Part shown: one piece after another, positions 11,305 through 21,494 of the stretch
Layout of the letters: every line of letters begins with the position of its first letter
How positions within the stretch are numbered: position 1 is the stretch's first letter
NCBI GenBank assembly: GCA_040386055.1
Contig: JAZKGH010000103.1
Span: forward strand, 44,304 to 83,514
Direction: 5' to 3'
DNA length: 39,211 bases
DNA from: Bacteroidota bacterium
GTDB taxonomy: Bacteria; Bacteroidota; Bacteroidia; UKL13-3
The notes under the pieces: generated by a model
What the model was told of the DNA's origin: nothing
Database searches by the model: none
The model's input: the letters and a program-made list of their open reading frames with translations, nothing else
Translations under genes and position numbers: made by a program

Positions 11305-13116
11305 ATGCTGCGTTTGAGTTATCTTTTCTTTTTTCTGTTGGTTGGTTTTCAACCCCTGTTTGCCCAAACGGCAGATGAGCAACTGGCTGCCCAGTATTTT
11401 AGCAATAATGAATTTGATAAAGCAGCTGACGCTTATGAAAAGCTGATCTCCAAAAACCCCGGCTCAGGTTATTATTACGATAATTTATTAACCTGCTATT
11501 TTCGCCTTAATAAATTTGAGGATGCCGAAAAGCTTACTAAAAAACAACAACGCAGGTTTGATGATAACTACTATTTTAGGGTGGATCAGGGATTTGTTTA
11601 CAAAAAAGCAAACACACCTGATAAAGCCAAAAAGTTCTGGGACGAGCTTTTAAACAAGGTAACGGGCGAAGAACAACAAGCCGGTGAACTGGCCGCAGCC
11701 TTTCAAAAACGAGGCGAAGCCGATTATGCTATTCTGGTGTTGGAGAAAGCCCGTAAAAAAAGTAACAGTCCACTTCTGTTTTGTTTTGAGCTGGCTAAGT
11801 TGTATGCCGATAAAAAAGAAACGCAGAAAATGGTGGATGAATACCTGAGTGCATTGCAAGGAAACCCTATGTTGCAGGAAGATATTCAGGGTTACTTACA
11901 ACTCTATCTGGAACAACCGGCTGATGTCGAAATTGTTAAAAATGCACTTCTCAAAAAATACCGCGAGTATCCCAATATTGATGCTTTTAGTGAAATGCTT
12001 GTGTGGCTGTATGTGCAACGCAAAGATTTTAACAGCGCCTTTATGCAGGCCCGCGCCATAGATAAACGTTACAAAGAAGAAGGAAGACGTATTCTTGATC
12101 TGGCTAATCTGGCACTGCAAAATGAATATTATGACGATGCCACAACCATGTATAACTATATTATTGCGGGAGGCAAGGATAAAGTAAATTACATGAATGC
12201 ACGCATAGGAAGCCTGAATGCGCGCAACCGAAAAGTAATCAATACTACCCAGTATACACTTGCCGATATGAAGCTTCTTGAAACGGACTACAATTCTTTT
12301 TTAACCGAATTTGGCCGTTATTATTTTACAGCAAGTGTTATTCGCGACCTTGCCCGTTTGGAAGCCTATTACATGAATGACTACCCAACAGCTATTCAAC
12401 ATTTCATTGAGCTGATTGATATGCCGCGCCTCGACAACCAGTTTAAGGCACAATGTAAGCTGGAGTTGGGTGATATTTATATCCTGAAAGGTGAGGAATG
12501 GGATGCAATGTTATTGTATGGTCAGGTGGATAAAGACTTTAAAGAAGATCCTTTGGGACAGGAGGCTAAATTCAGAAATGCCAAACTAAGTTATTACATG
12601 GGTGAGTTTGAATGGGCCCGTGCGCAGCTGGATGTACTCAAAACAGCCACCACACAATTGATTGCCAATAATGCATTGGAGCTTTCACTTCTTATTCAGG
12701 ATAATACTCTTGATAGCATTGAAGAACCTTTGTTATTGTTTGCCAAAGCAGATCTATACTATTACCAGAACAAAATTGCCGAATCTCTGCAGTTGTTGGA
12801 TAGTATAGAAAAAACGTTTCCACGTCATTCCCTTTCTGATGATATACTCATGAAACGGGCTGAATTAAGTTACAAAAATCGGGAGTATACCCAAAGTCTT
12901 AATTATTTAAACCAGTTACTGAAAGAGCATGGTTCCGATATTTTAGGAGATAATGCCTTGTTTATGCTGGCTGATATCACAGAAAAAAAGCTCAATGATA
13001 AAGCGGCTGCTCAAAAACTGTATGAGCAATTTTTAGAGCAATATCCCGGAAGTTTCTTCACCACAGAAGTTCGTAAGAGGTTCCGTGCACTGAGAGGTGA
13101 TGCTGTTGGATTCTAG
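11305..13116 (+). CDS. Tetratricopeptide repeat protein with signal peptide
   Basis: Signal peptide ending FAQ; TPR repeats; C-terminal YPGSFFTTEVRKRFRALRGD. Confidence 0.88.
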   Translation: MLRLSYLFFFLLVGFQPLFAQTADEQLAAQYFSNNEFDKAADAYEKLISKNPGSGYYYDNLLTCYFRLNKFEDAEKLTKKQQRRFDDNYYFRVDQGFVYKKANTPDKAKKFWDELLNKVTGEEQQAGELAAAFQKRGEADYAILVLEKARKKSNSPLLFCFELAKLYADKKETQKMVDEYLSALQGNPMLQEDIQGYLQLYLEQPADVEIVKNALLKKYREYPNIDAFSEMLVWLYVQRKDFNSAFMQARAIDKRYKEEGRRILDLANLALQNEYYDDATTMYNYIIAGGKDKVNYMNARIGSLNARNRKVINTTQYTLADMKLLETDYNSFLTEFGRYYFTASVIRDLARLEAYYMNDYPTAIQHFIELIDMPRLDNQFKAQCKLELGDIYILKGEEWDAMLLYGQVDKDFKEDPLGQEAKFRNAKLSYYMGEFEWARAQLDVLKTATTQLIANNALELSLLIQDNTLDSIEEPLLLFAKADLYYYQNKIAESLQLLDSIEKTFPRHSLSDDILMKRAELSYKNREYTQSLNYLNQLLKEHGSDILGDNALFMLADITEKKLNDKAAAQKLYEQFLEQYPGSFFTTEVRKRFRALRGDAVGF

Positions 13117-13173
13117 CCTTTAGCTTTTTAAACCGAAAATTTATATCGAATTTCGACAGCCTAAATCAATAAA

Positions 13174-13479
13174 ATGATCATATACAACGTAACCATCAAT
13201 ATAGAAGACGATGCCCATGATGCCTGGGTAAAATGGATGAAAGAAATCCATATTCCAATGGTAATGGATACGGGCATGTTTGTAGCTTTTACGTTTTCAA
13301 AATTACTTTCCCGTCAGGAGGATGAAACAGGAAGTACATATGTGATTCAATATATGGCAAACACCATGGCCGATTACGAAAAGTATCAAGCCGAATATGC
13401 ACCGGCTATGCAAGCCGAAACCCGTAAATATTTTGACGGAAAATTTGTAGCGTTCCGAACATTAATGGAAAGTGTATAA
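13174..13479 (+). CDS. DUF4286 family protein
   Basis: MIIYNVT...WMKEIHIP...KFVAFRTLME pattern. Confidence 0.85.
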   Translation: MIIYNVTINIEDDAHDAWVKWMKEIHIPMVMDTGMFVAFTFSKLLSRQEDETGSTYVIQYMANTMADYEKYQAEYAPAMQAETRKYFDGKFVAFRTLMESV

Positions 13480-13500
13480 AATATTTCCCTCAAATCAGAT

Positions 13501-13537
13501 AAAAAACCTCTTCAATATTGCATTGAAGAGGTTTTTT
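13501..13537. terminator. Bidirectional intrinsic terminator
   Basis: aaaaaacctcttcaat-attgc-attgaagaggtttttt, a perfect 16-bp stem between convergent genes. Confidence 0.85.
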
Positions 13538-13541
13538 ATTT

Positions 13542-13970
13542 CTATAATCTTGAAATAATAATTAGTGCTCCCACAACATCAATAATGCCTAGAATAAATC
13601 CGGCAATTGCAAGTCCTCTACCCTTTTTACCTGACGTCCCCATTCTATTTAAAGCAATAATGCTGAATACAATTCCAAGTATGCCTAAAATAACTCCTGC
13701 AATAAAAAATCCGACAAGCGCACAAACAAATCCTGCTACTGCCATGCCGTCCATATCACCGCTCTTTACCGCCTTTGGCTCTTGAGGAAATGAAGCCTCC
13801 TCTTTACTGTTTAGCTTCTCATTGGGTATTTGCATTTGTACATTGCCTTCCGAGGCAATCATCTGCTTGTTTGATTTGTCCTTTTGTACGGGGAATGATG
13901 CATAAGCTGTTCCTCCCATAAGAAGAACATTGATTAAAAGCGTAATTAATGGGATTCTGATTTTTTTCAT
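13542..13970 (-). CDS. DUF4190-domain membrane protein with signal peptide
   Basis: C-terminal MAVAGFVCALVG...GIVFSIIAL...GRGLAIAGFILG helical hairpin. Confidence 0.8.
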   Translation of the reverse strand: MKKIRIPLITLLINVLLMGGTAYASFPVQKDKSNKQMIASEGNVQMQIPNEKLNSKEEASFPQEPKAVKSGDMDGMAVAGFVCALVGFFIAGVILGILGIVFSIIALNRMGTSGKKGRGLAIAGFILGIIDVVGALIIISRL

Positions 13971-14113
13971 AGTTAAGTAGTTTATTTGTTCGACTCTAAA
14001 TAATTAAAAAGAAATGACTGAAGCAAACTTATCTCGTTGCATTTTATTATTTACGTCTGATGGAGCGGGAATAAAATTGTTGCGCTACAACTATACAGGT
14101 GTGTCCCTAACAC

Positions 14114-14151
14114 AAAAAAACCGCCTCAAATTTCTTTGAGACGGTTTTTTT
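14114..14151 (-). terminator. Intrinsic terminator of the TM2 gene
   Basis: aaaaaaaccgcctcaaa-tttc-tttgagacggttttttt hairpin. Confidence 0.8.
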
Positions 14152-14167
14152 CGTTGATGGTTAACGA

Positions 14168-14560
14168 TTAGAAATTATCCGTTAAGATATTGATCAAATC
14201 GATAATAGCCCAGATTCCACAACCACCTAAAGTGATAATGTACAAAATGTTCCAACCAATCGGTTTTTTCTTGTACCATCTGTGAGCAGCAAATCCTCCT
14301 AAGAAGAACCATAATGCTAGTGTGATCCACATGTCATCATTTCCTCTTCCGGCTGCATCAGCAGCTGAAACAACAGTATCAGGGGTTTTGTCTTGTGCCT
14401 GGATTGTTGCATTGGTTGCAGTTGGTGCTACTTTGTCGGTAACCGTTGTAGTTTGTTCTGCAGCTCTTTCTTTTTTTGCGGGGAATGACGCGTAGGCTGT
14501 TCCACCGAAAACAAGTAAGTTAATTGCTAAAGCAATCAAAGAGATTTTTAATTTTTTCAT
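14168..14560 (-). CDS. TM2-domain protein with signal peptide
   Basis: LWFFLGGFAAHRWY...LYIITLGGCGIWAIIDLI matches the TM2 signature. Confidence 0.85.
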   Translation of the reverse strand: MKKLKISLIALAINLLVFGGTAYASFPAKKERAAEQTTTVTDKVAPTATNATIQAQDKTPDTVVSAADAAGRGNDDMWITLALWFFLGGFAAHRWYKKKPIGWNILYIITLGGCGIWAIIDLINILTDNF

Positions 14561-14606
14561 AGTTTAATGGTTTATTTGTCACCCTCAAATAATTCAAAAA
14601 AAGAGT

Positions 14607-15488
14607 ATGAAACAACTTTCTCTGATTATATTTTTTCTGCTGTTTTTCAATGCTGCTCAAAGTCAGGGAATTAAGTCCTATGAGTATATTGGCACACTGC
14701 AATTATCAAGTAAACAATTGATCACTTATAAAATCAGTCTGACTGAAATATCCCCCGGCATCATTGAAGGAACATCTATTACAGATATATATGGTAAGAA
14801 CAGAACACAGTCTGTGATTAGGGGAACGTATAATCCTAAAGCCAACAAAATTTCCTTTTATGAAACAAAGAATATCAGTTCCAAATCAACAACCAATAAG
14901 GATGAGTTTTGTTATGTACATGTTTCGGATGCCGGTATCAAATCCGTTGGTGGAAAGACAATACTACAGGGATCATTTACCGGTAACTATCTCGATGGGA
15001 AAATATGTGCCAAAGGCCTTATTTACCTTATTGCAACCAAGGATCTTGAAGCCCTCAGCAATGAAATGCTGACTCCTGAAACAATCAAAAATGAGGACTC
15101 ACTGAAACTTATAAAAGATAAGGTTAACAATATGCTCTCCAAAAAGGAGAACAGCTATTTGAGAGGCAATGATGTGCTTTCGGTAAATTCAACTGCAAAA
15201 GAATTGACAATAGAAATATGGGATGGTGGTGAAGAAGAGGATAATGATGCCATCAGCATTTTGGTGAACAACAAAATTTTTATTGACAAGATTGACATCA
15301 AAAAAGAAAGAAAAACAATCACCATTCCTATTGGAGAGGGTACTTCTCAAATTAAAATTGTTGCTCTGAGCGAAGGAAAATCACATCCCTGCACCGCTAA
15401 TATACTGGTAAAAGATGAAATCAATTCCTCCCCTATTGTAACTGTTTTAAAAAAGGGAGAGTTCGCTATCGTAGAAATAAAAAAATAG
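14607..15488 (+). CDS. Secreted hypothetical protein
   Basis: Signal peptide; 293-aa ORF with a C-terminal beta-rich domain (WDGGEEEDNDAISI). Confidence 0.75.
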   Translation: MKQLSLIIFFLLFFNAAQSQGIKSYEYIGTLQLSSKQLITYKISLTEISPGIIEGTSITDIYGKNRTQSVIRGTYNPKANKISFYETKNISSKSTTNKDEFCYVHVSDAGIKSVGGKTILQGSFTGNYLDGKICAKGLIYLIATKDLEALSNEMLTPETIKNEDSLKLIKDKVNNMLSKKENSYLRGNDVLSVNSTAKELTIEIWDGGEEEDNDAISILVNNKIFIDKIDIKKERKTITIPIGEGTSQIKIVALSEGKSHPCTANILVKDEINSSPIVTVLKKGEFAIVEIKK

Positions 15489-15514
15489 ACCCGTAAATAC
15501 CGCTTTATTTTATC

Positions 15515-15832
15515 ATGATGAATACCAACGAAAAAACAAAAACACCCCCCAGATATATTGGCTATGCGATTATTGCTGTTCTTTCAATAGTGGCAATGAC
15601 CTTACTCATACTTCCTGCCGATTATTTTGACTACGGCCGCCCAATGTGCCTTTCTGTTTTACTGCTTGATAAAGAATGTTATGGCTGTGGAATGACCCGG
15701 GGTATTCAACACCTTATTCACCTCGATTTTGAAAATGCCTGGCATTTTAATAAGCTTTCCTTTGTGGTGCTTCCGCTATTCGCTTACATGACAGTTTGGG
15801 AAATCAGAAAACGTTTTTTTCATGAAAAATAA
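15515..15832 (+). CDS. DUF2752-domain membrane protein
   Basis: C...ECYGCGMTRG...AWHFN motif between TM helices. Confidence 0.85.
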   Translation: MMNTNEKTKTPPRYIGYAIIAVLSIVAMTLLILPADYFDYGRPMCLSVLLLDKECYGCGMTRGIQHLIHLDFENAWHFNKLSFVVLPLFAYMTVWEIRKRFFHEK

Positions 15833-15957
15833 GTTTAACCTCTAGGCGCAGAAGGATTGCACGAAGATTACACTTGAATGTTATTTTGTGCAATTAGCTG
15901 AAATACAAAACGGAAATTGTTTGTTACAACTATATTCGTTAACCTCAATTACCTCTT

Positions 15958-17037
15958 ATGAAAAAACTATTCCTCTTATTGCTGATTACCCAAACAGCCT
16001 TTGCACAAAACCTTAAACCGGGCTTCGACAAAAATGAATACACCGAATTCCTGCGCATCACAGTGGAGCAGTTCGACTCTGTATACCAAAGCAAGTTTGA
16101 AAAACCCAAACAATACCAAATGGTATACCGGTCAAAAGTGATTGGTATGGATAACCGCTGGGAGTTATGGTGGAATGAACAGGATAAAGTTGCTTTGATC
16201 AGTTTACGCGGTACAACCTTGGAAACTATCAGTTGGATTGAAAATTTTTATGCTGCAATGGTACCCGCAACAGGAATCATGAAACTCAATGATTCAACAT
16301 CCTTTAGTTACAAACTGGCCGAAAATGACAGGGCTGCCGTACACGTGGGTTGGCTCACCGGTATGGCATACATTGCAACAGACCTTATGCCTCACCTGGA
16401 TTCGTGCATTCAAAAAGGTGTTACGCAATTTATTGTTTCGGGACACAGCCAAGGTGGTGCGCTTACCTTTTTGCTTACTTCACATCTGCGTTATCTGCAA
16501 AAGCAACAACGTATTCCGGCTGCCGTACAATTTAAATCGTATTGCAGCGCTGCACCTAAGCCGGGTAATTTATATTATGCTTATGATTACGAAACCATCA
16601 CACAAGGTGGCTGGAGTTATACTGTGGTGAATACGTCCGACTGGGTTCCCGAAACGCCTATCTCTATTCAAACGGCTGATGATTTCAATCCAACCAATCC
16701 GTTTGTAAATGCAAAAGATGGAATCAGTAAACAGAAGTTTCCCAATAATCTTGTGATGAAATATGTATATAATTCATTAGATAAGCCCACTAAAGAAGCA
16801 CGAGATACTTATCAGAAATACCTTGGAAAAGAAGTGTCGAAGATTGTCCAAAAACACCTTGTCGGATACAGCCCTCCGACCTTCTACAATAGCAACAATT
16901 ATATGCGTGTTGGTCCTTTTATCATTTTGAATCCTGATGCCGAATACGCTATAAAATTTCCGGAAGATCCGAAGCAAATTTTCAGGCATCACCTCATGGC
17001 ACCTTATCTTTACCTAATAGATAAGTGGAAAGAATAA
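15958..17037 (+). CDS. Secreted class 3 lipase-family protein
   Basis: Signal peptide, SLRGT, VHVGW, nucleophile elbow GHSQG, DWVP. Confidence 0.85.
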   Translation: MKKLFLLLLITQTAFAQNLKPGFDKNEYTEFLRITVEQFDSVYQSKFEKPKQYQMVYRSKVIGMDNRWELWWNEQDKVALISLRGTTLETISWIENFYAAMVPATGIMKLNDSTSFSYKLAENDRAAVHVGWLTGMAYIATDLMPHLDSCIQKGVTQFIVSGHSQGGALTFLLTSHLRYLQKQQRIPAAVQFKSYCSAAPKPGNLYYAYDYETITQGGWSYTVVNTSDWVPETPISIQTADDFNPTNPFVNAKDGISKQKFPNNLVMKYVYNSLDKPTKEARDTYQKYLGKEVSKIVQKHLVGYSPPTFYNSNNYMRVGPFIILNPDAEYAIKFPEDPKQIFRHHLMAPYLYLIDKWKE

Positions 17038-17040
17038 TGA

Positions 17041-17856
17041 TTATTGACAACGCCATGCAAGCGTGAGATCTCCTGTTAACCCTCCTTCCGAAAGATGGTA
17101 TCCTGAAGGAAATCCATTAGGTCCCTGGTCATAAGAAACAGTCATCATTTTATTCACAGAAGAACCCTGGGATTGCAACTCGTTTGTATTCGGCCGGCCT
17201 TTTCGTTCCACCCAGCTTAACCATGTTTGAAACTTACCGGGCATATTGGTATAATACGTTGCTATAAAATTTAGGGTGCTATCCGTGGCTACTCCTTTTG
17301 AATTCAGCGTTAAAGAGTACGCCTTTGTTTGATTCCCGTTTTCATAAACATAGCTCGATCCGTAATAGTAAAAGTAATTGGTATCCGTTGCTGAAATTTG
17401 AATTCTCCTGTATACTTCACGCACCAGATACCCTAAACTATTATACTCGTACAACGTTTCTCCCTTTGATGAAGAAAATGTATCAACATCCTCGGTTCGT
17501 TGAATAAATCCAACACTATTCAGAAAATGTTTGTACTCGTTTATTGTGATGCGACCGGTCGAATGAATGGATTTATACGTTTCATGGATAGTATTACCCT
17601 GATAGGTATAAATAGTTTCGTCAGAATCATGGTTCCTTGATTCACGGATGACTCTTTTGAGGTTATCATATTCATAATGTCCAATGCTTGCCTCCGTTCC
17701 AATGGTTCCACTCACATCGGTTAACAAACAGGTTGGTGCAATCAATGTGTAATTAATACCACCGGGAGTATACGGAGTTGAACCATCCTTGGTACAGGAA
17801 GAGTAAGCAATAAGTGTAACAAGCGAACAAAGAGCTGAGAGGTTTTTGATATTCAT
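17041..17856 (-). CDS. Hypothetical lipoprotein with YD-like beta repeats
   Basis: Lipobox YSSC; repeated YEYD/YTYQ/YEYN/YVYENGN strands. Confidence 0.7.
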   Translation of the reverse strand: MNIKNLSALCSLVTLIAYSSCTKDGSTPYTPGGINYTLIAPTCLLTDVSGTIGTEASIGHYEYDNLKRVIRESRNHDSDETIYTYQGNTIHETYKSIHSTGRITINEYKHFLNSVGFIQRTEDVDTFSSSKGETLYEYNSLGYLVREVYRRIQISATDTNYFYYYGSSYVYENGNQTKAYSLTLNSKGVATDSTLNFIATYYTNMPGKFQTWLSWVERKGRPNTNELQSQGSSVNKMMTVSYDQGPNGFPSGYHLSEGGLTGDLTLAWRCQ

Positions 17857-17987
17857 AAGTATGGGTTATTTAAAACTAAGGTAAGAACTTTTTTACGAGA
17901 TTCAAGACCCTACCCATCCATCATCCGACCAAATCAGAGTGTGTTGTCAAATAGTGTTATATTCGTTTTAAACAAAACCATCAGCTT

Positions 17988-19313
17988 ATGAAAAAACTAT
18001 TTACACTGATTGCCTTTTCCTTTTCTGCCATTGTCGTTTTTGCACAAAACCACCCAATGGTTATACATACCAATGGGCGTGTAGCATCCCTGCAAATGAC
18101 CCAAACCGAATTTAACCACTGGAACGATAGCGATGACTATAACAACCCGAACATTCGCACTCCTCTGGTTCAGGATATTTACCGCAAGTTTAAAGACGAT
18201 TTTGATTTCATCTTTTTGGTGTATAATAATGCAACACGTCCCACCAATTTAACATATGCAGGACAACTCATTGGTGTATCGAATGCCATTACGGGAACAG
18301 GCGCAGGAATATACAGTCAGGCATCCACCTATGGTTCGGCCGGAAAGCTGAAATCATTGATGTCGCTTACGCAAAATACCGATATGCTATTCGGGCCATC
18401 GCTTCACGAGTTGATGCACAACTGGGGTAACTTCACCCTCAACACCAGTTGCTTTGATCCTTTTGGTCCGGGTTCGGGAACGTTTAACTTTCAGCCACAC
18501 TGGGGCATCTCGGGTTGCGGAGGACAGTTAGGCGGGTTTGACCAATCGACATTGCAAACCAATGTGGGCGGAAATCCAAACCAGTATTCAGCAGGGGTTA
18601 ATGGGCATGCAGGGTTTGGTCAGTTTGCCAATGGCGGAAACAGCTTGCCCTTCTCCAATTACGAATTATACCTGATGGGATTGATTCCTAAAGATTCGAT
18701 CACAACATTTGATGTGTTCCGTGATATTACCGCTTCTAATTCTACAGCCGGTACCTTTACTGCAGCAACACGCATTACCTATGATAAAACAAAAGTGGTA
18801 ACAGAGTTTGGCGAACGCACTCCTACTCCTTTAACATCACCTAAATCGTTCAGAGTATTGGTACTGGTATTAACACCTGCTGCTTTAACGCCAACAGAAT
18901 GGACCATGTATGATGAGCAGGTAGAGAAATTTTCGCGCCCTGCTTCGGAAGGTACCACCTTATACAATTTCTGGGAAGCAACAGGAGGAAGAGCTACTTT
19001 AGATATGGGTAATTTACAAGGCTCGGTAGGTATTGAAGAGACTGCCGAACAATCCTTAACCGACATAACGTTGTATCCAAATCCTGTAACCGATAAGGTA
19101 ACACTCACGTTTGAATCGAAAGGGAAAATGGATGTGACTTGTGAGTTAACCGATAACATGGGCCGTGTAATCAATACACAACAAATTGCTGTGAGCAATG
19201 GATTAAATACAATTACTCCTGAATTGCCTGCATTAAGCACAGGTGTGTACTTTATGCGTTTGCATAATGAGAGCACGAGTGTGGTGAAGAGAGTTGTTGT
19301 TTCGAATGAGTAA
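17988..19313 (+). CDS. T9SS-secreted putative zinc metallopeptidase
   Basis: Signal peptide; HELMH (HExxH); type A CTD (LYPNPV...GVYFMRL...KRVVV). Confidence 0.8.
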   Translation: MKKLFTLIAFSFSAIVVFAQNHPMVIHTNGRVASLQMTQTEFNHWNDSDDYNNPNIRTPLVQDIYRKFKDDFDFIFLVYNNATRPTNLTYAGQLIGVSNAITGTGAGIYSQASTYGSAGKLKSLMSLTQNTDMLFGPSLHELMHNWGNFTLNTSCFDPFGPGSGTFNFQPHWGISGCGGQLGGFDQSTLQTNVGGNPNQYSAGVNGHAGFGQFANGGNSLPFSNYELYLMGLIPKDSITTFDVFRDITASNSTAGTFTAATRITYDKTKVVTEFGERTPTPLTSPKSFRVLVLVLTPAALTPTEWTMYDEQVEKFSRPASEGTTLYNFWEATGGRATLDMGNLQGSVGIEETAEQSLTDITLYPNPVTDKVTLTFESKGKMDVTCELTDNMGRVINTQQIAVSNGLNTITPELPALSTGVYFMRLHNESTSVVKRVVVSNE

Positions 19314-19318
19314 TAGAT

Positions 19319-19374
19319 AATGAGCAACTTCATTGATGAAAAAGGTACTCCATTAATGAAGTTGCTTATTTTTT
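19319..19374. terminator. Long hairpin terminator between convergent genes
   Basis: aatgagcaacttcattgatg / cattaatgaagttgcttatt form a 20-bp stem with two G-U pairs, followed by a T-run. Confidence 0.75.
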
Positions 19375-19393
19375 GTATCCAGGCCTATTGATA

Positions 19394-19945
19394 CTATAAC
19401 TTAAGTATCGGATAAGTTGTTCCTGCAAAAACTTTTCCATCCTGCACCATTTTAGCCAGATCCACAACTGATCTTCCAAATGTTTTTTGAAAATGAGGCA
19501 TGTCCGTAAACTTCCAGTCGCCTCCCCACTCCCAGCCATGTTGTTTGGCAATGGTTACAATTTCCCTCCAATCGGGTTTGCCATCTCCGTCAAAATCCAC
19601 GTTTGTTTCCCAACTGGCCGCGTCAAATTTGCCATTACCTTTTGTGTCTTTTAATAATACAATATCAAAAGCCAACCCAAAGTTATGGTATGATTGTCCC
19701 CCTTTTGCATTTGTAACAATACTACCCTTGGGGTGCTTGGTTGATTTTCCGTTCGGATTCACAACCGTTCGTCCCAAAGCAAACAAGTCATTCTGTTCTT
19801 TGTAGGTTCTAAGCGTATACGCAAACCTGCAAATGGCCTTTCCTGTTAAGGCCACATCTATTAAAGAATAAATGGTATTCATTTCCTCTCTTACGTCAGG
19901 GTGCATCAACTTCATGCGCTCCAGTGTTATTTTATCCTTTGCCAT
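19394..19945 (-). CDS. M15-family peptidase (L-alanyl-D-glutamate endopeptidase-like)
   Basis: LRTYKEQ, VTNAKGGQSYHNFGLAFD, WGGDW, DMPHFQ. Confidence 0.9.
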   Translation of the reverse strand: MAKDKITLERMKLMHPDVREEMNTIYSLIDVALTGKAICRFAYTLRTYKEQNDLFALGRTVVNPNGKSTKHPKGSIVTNAKGGQSYHNFGLAFDIVLLKDTKGNGKFDAASWETNVDFDGDGKPDWREIVTIAKQHGWEWGGDWKFTDMPHFQKTFGRSVVDLAKMVQDGKVFAGTTYPILKL

Positions 19946-20264
19946 ACTTTTGAATTATTTAAATGGAATGTACAGTATTTCTCATTACAACCGCCTAATC
20001 TTACGTTAAATGTTAATCTTTCAGAAAAGAAAGTCTGAACATTTACACTCGTTTTAAAAAGGCATTCCAACTTAACCACCAAGCCATTGTGTCCCGATTT
20101 AGCATACACTATTCTCTACAATTTGTAGAAAACGTTTCATAAAAACACCTTCGCACATTCAGGGTTTCCTTTTCTTCCCATTGCGCAAACTTCCCATACA
20201 CAACGAAAACCAAATTTTGATTCGTTTTTCTTTCACCATGGCATAATTTTTTTCTGTTTATGGA

Positions 20265-21374
20265 ATGGTTATTAAACGGTTAAATCTTGTTCGTTTTGCC
20301 CCAAAAGGAAAAGACAGCTTCTTTGAAACGGTTGTAAACCGGGTAGATGATTACTTTGAAGAGCATCAATTGTCTCCCTATGCCAATGCAGAAATGTGGT
20401 TAAAAACAGTTGTTGTGCTCCTCCTGTATTTTGTTCCGTATGCCGTTATGATCTCCGGAGTAACAGGAACAAACATTTGGCTATTTTGTGCGCTTTGGTT
20501 TTTTATGGGTTTGGGCATGGTAGGTATTGGCACCTCTGTGATGCATGATGCCAACCACGGCACTTATTCCCCTAATAAAAAAGTAAATAATTTTATCAGT
20601 CATATTCTGGAAGTAATAGGTGGGTATACTGTTACCTGGAGAATTCAGCATAATGTGTTGCATCATACATACACCAATATTGGCGGACTGGATGAAGATA
20701 TTGATACCATGGGCATTTTACGCTTATCGCCACGGCAGCCCCGCAAATTGTTTCACCGCTACCAGCATTTGTATGCCTGGTTCTTTTATGCCATCATGAC
20801 CTTGTACTGGATGACCGCCAAAGATTATGTGCAGGCTATTCATTTTAAACAACACAACCTGCTGATCAGGCAAAAGATCTCACTTAAAAAAGCATTGCTG
20901 CGCATCACCGTTTATAAACTATTCTATTATGGATACATTCTTGTTTTACCAATATGGTTATTGGGTTTCTCGTGGTACTCCGTTATTCTTGGTTTTGTAA
21001 TTATGCATGTTACTGCAGGACTCATTCTTTCCTGCATCTTTCAACCGGCACATATTGTGGAAACATCCGGGTTTGCTATTCCGGTAACGGACGATGGAAA
21101 CAAGATGATGGAAGACTCATGGGCCATTCATGAAGTGGTAAACACTACCGATTTTTCACCCGATAGCAAAATTGTTTCCTGGTTTATTGGTGGTCTTAAT
21201 TATCAAATCGAACACCATCTTTTTGCAGGTGTATGCAATGTGCACTTTCGCAAGATTGCTCCCATTGTGCAATCTGTTATGGCTGATTTTGGAATTCCGT
21301 ATCATGTAGAACCTTCTTTTTTCAAAGCACTTAAAGGTCATGTGAAAATGCTGGTAAAATTGGGTAGGAAATAA
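20265..21374 (+). CDS. Membrane fatty acid (acyl-CoA) desaturase
   Basis: Three histidine boxes HDANH, HNVLHH and QIEHH; TM helices. Confidence 0.93.
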   Translation: MVIKRLNLVRFAPKGKDSFFETVVNRVDDYFEEHQLSPYANAEMWLKTVVVLLLYFVPYAVMISGVTGTNIWLFCALWFFMGLGMVGIGTSVMHDANHGTYSPNKKVNNFISHILEVIGGYTVTWRIQHNVLHHTYTNIGGLDEDIDTMGILRLSPRQPRKLFHRYQHLYAWFFYAIMTLYWMTAKDYVQAIHFKQHNLLIRQKISLKKALLRITVYKLFYYGYILVLPIWLLGFSWYSVILGFVIMHVTAGLILSCIFQPAHIVETSGFAIPVTDDGNKMMEDSWAIHEVVNTTDFSPDSKIVSWFIGGLNYQIEHHLFAGVCNVHFRKIAPIVQSVMADFGIPYHVEPSFFKALKGHVKMLVKLGRK

Positions 21375-21441
21375 TCTTTCCATTCAGAAACGTTTAACCA
21401 TAGTTTCCTTAAGAAAACGTTGACGCGAGCTAATTATTTCC

Positions 21442-21477
21442 CGCAGATGACGCTGATCCTTTTCTGCGTCATCTGCG
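21442..21477. repeat. REP-like hairpin / terminator
   Basis: cgcagatgacgc...gcgtcatctgcg, a 12-bp perfect inverted repeat between convergent genes. Confidence 0.65.
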
Positions 21478-21494
21478 AGATCTGAGGAAAACAT

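Noticed and set aside
4348-13479. Flippase-dut-TPR-DUF4292-EnvC cluster as a novel system
   Set aside because: This is a widely conserved Bacteroidota core gene order.
15958-17856. Lipase effector plus lipoprotein immunity pair
   Set aside because: The genes are convergent rather than operonic, the lipase has an ordinary Sec signal, and there are no T6SS markers.
18779-19333. 184-aa antisense ORF and other short ORFs overlapping long genes
   Set aside because: These are shadow ORFs of well-supported genes and show no motifs.
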